From a virus (taxonomy: Duplodnaviria > Caudoviricetes), in IMG/VR virus record IMGVR_UViG_3300038520_002765, positions 1-24,476 of that record: a stretch of DNA of 24,476 bases, one strand, 5' to 3'. The position numbers and the translations under genes are program-made. The stretch's first letter is position 1. Every line of letters begins with the position of its first letter. A model generated the notes under the pieces. That model had not been told where the DNA came from. It did not search any database and saw only the letters and a program-made list of their open reading frames with translations. Shown here piece by piece: positions 24,406 through 24,476 of the stretch.

Positions 24406-24476
24406 TATTCTAAGATTAACTTTTTGATTGTTTTTGTCCCGTCAATATTATCTTCTAGCTCTGCTTTAGATCTAAG
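24405..24476 (-). CDS. C-terminal end of an upstream hypothetical protein (partial)
   Basis: ...LRSKAELEDNIDGTKTIKKLILE*, open from the window edge; stop overlaps the next ATG. Confidence 0.65.
   Translation of the reverse strand, partial: LRSKAELEDNIDGTKTIKKLILE

Noticed and set aside
1-24476. Alternative genetic code or stop-codon reassignment
   Set aside because: Standard code 11 gives near-complete coding density with coupled TAA/TGA junctions; small ORFs have their own starts rather than being fragments.

Overview
This AT-rich, almost fully coding window is a single minus-strand late (virion morphogenesis, lysis, accessory) region of a podovirus-like tailed phage. Gene content and composition resemble marine pelagiphage/uvMED-type genomes; the SAR11 host and HTVC023P-like affinity are inferences from recalled similarity, not from a search. 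In transcription order (right to left) it encodes coupled hydrophobic micro-ORFs, a pyruvoyl-dependent SpeD-like decarboxylase with an atypical T-S-H cleavage site, two 2OG-Fe(II) oxygenases and an M15 peptidase endolysin. A block of basic modular proteins punctuated by K-x-x-GG/GK motifs follows, then head-tail adaptors, tail proteins and a Gly-rich tail fibre. Directly after the fibre come a DUF6065-like gene, four more 2OG-Fe(II) oxygenases and a P22 gp10-like tail hub. The left part holds several small genes missed by the ORF track, a cupin, two glycosyltransferases, a GNAT-like protein and the internal virion/DNA-ejection proteins. No tRNA, rRNA, CRISPR array or mobile element is evident. 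The two main candidate systems are (i) a shared GG peptide tag or cleavage motif linking cargo and ejection proteins and (ii) seven oxygenases/cupins plus two glycosyltransferases interleaved with virion genes, possibly modifying the virion.
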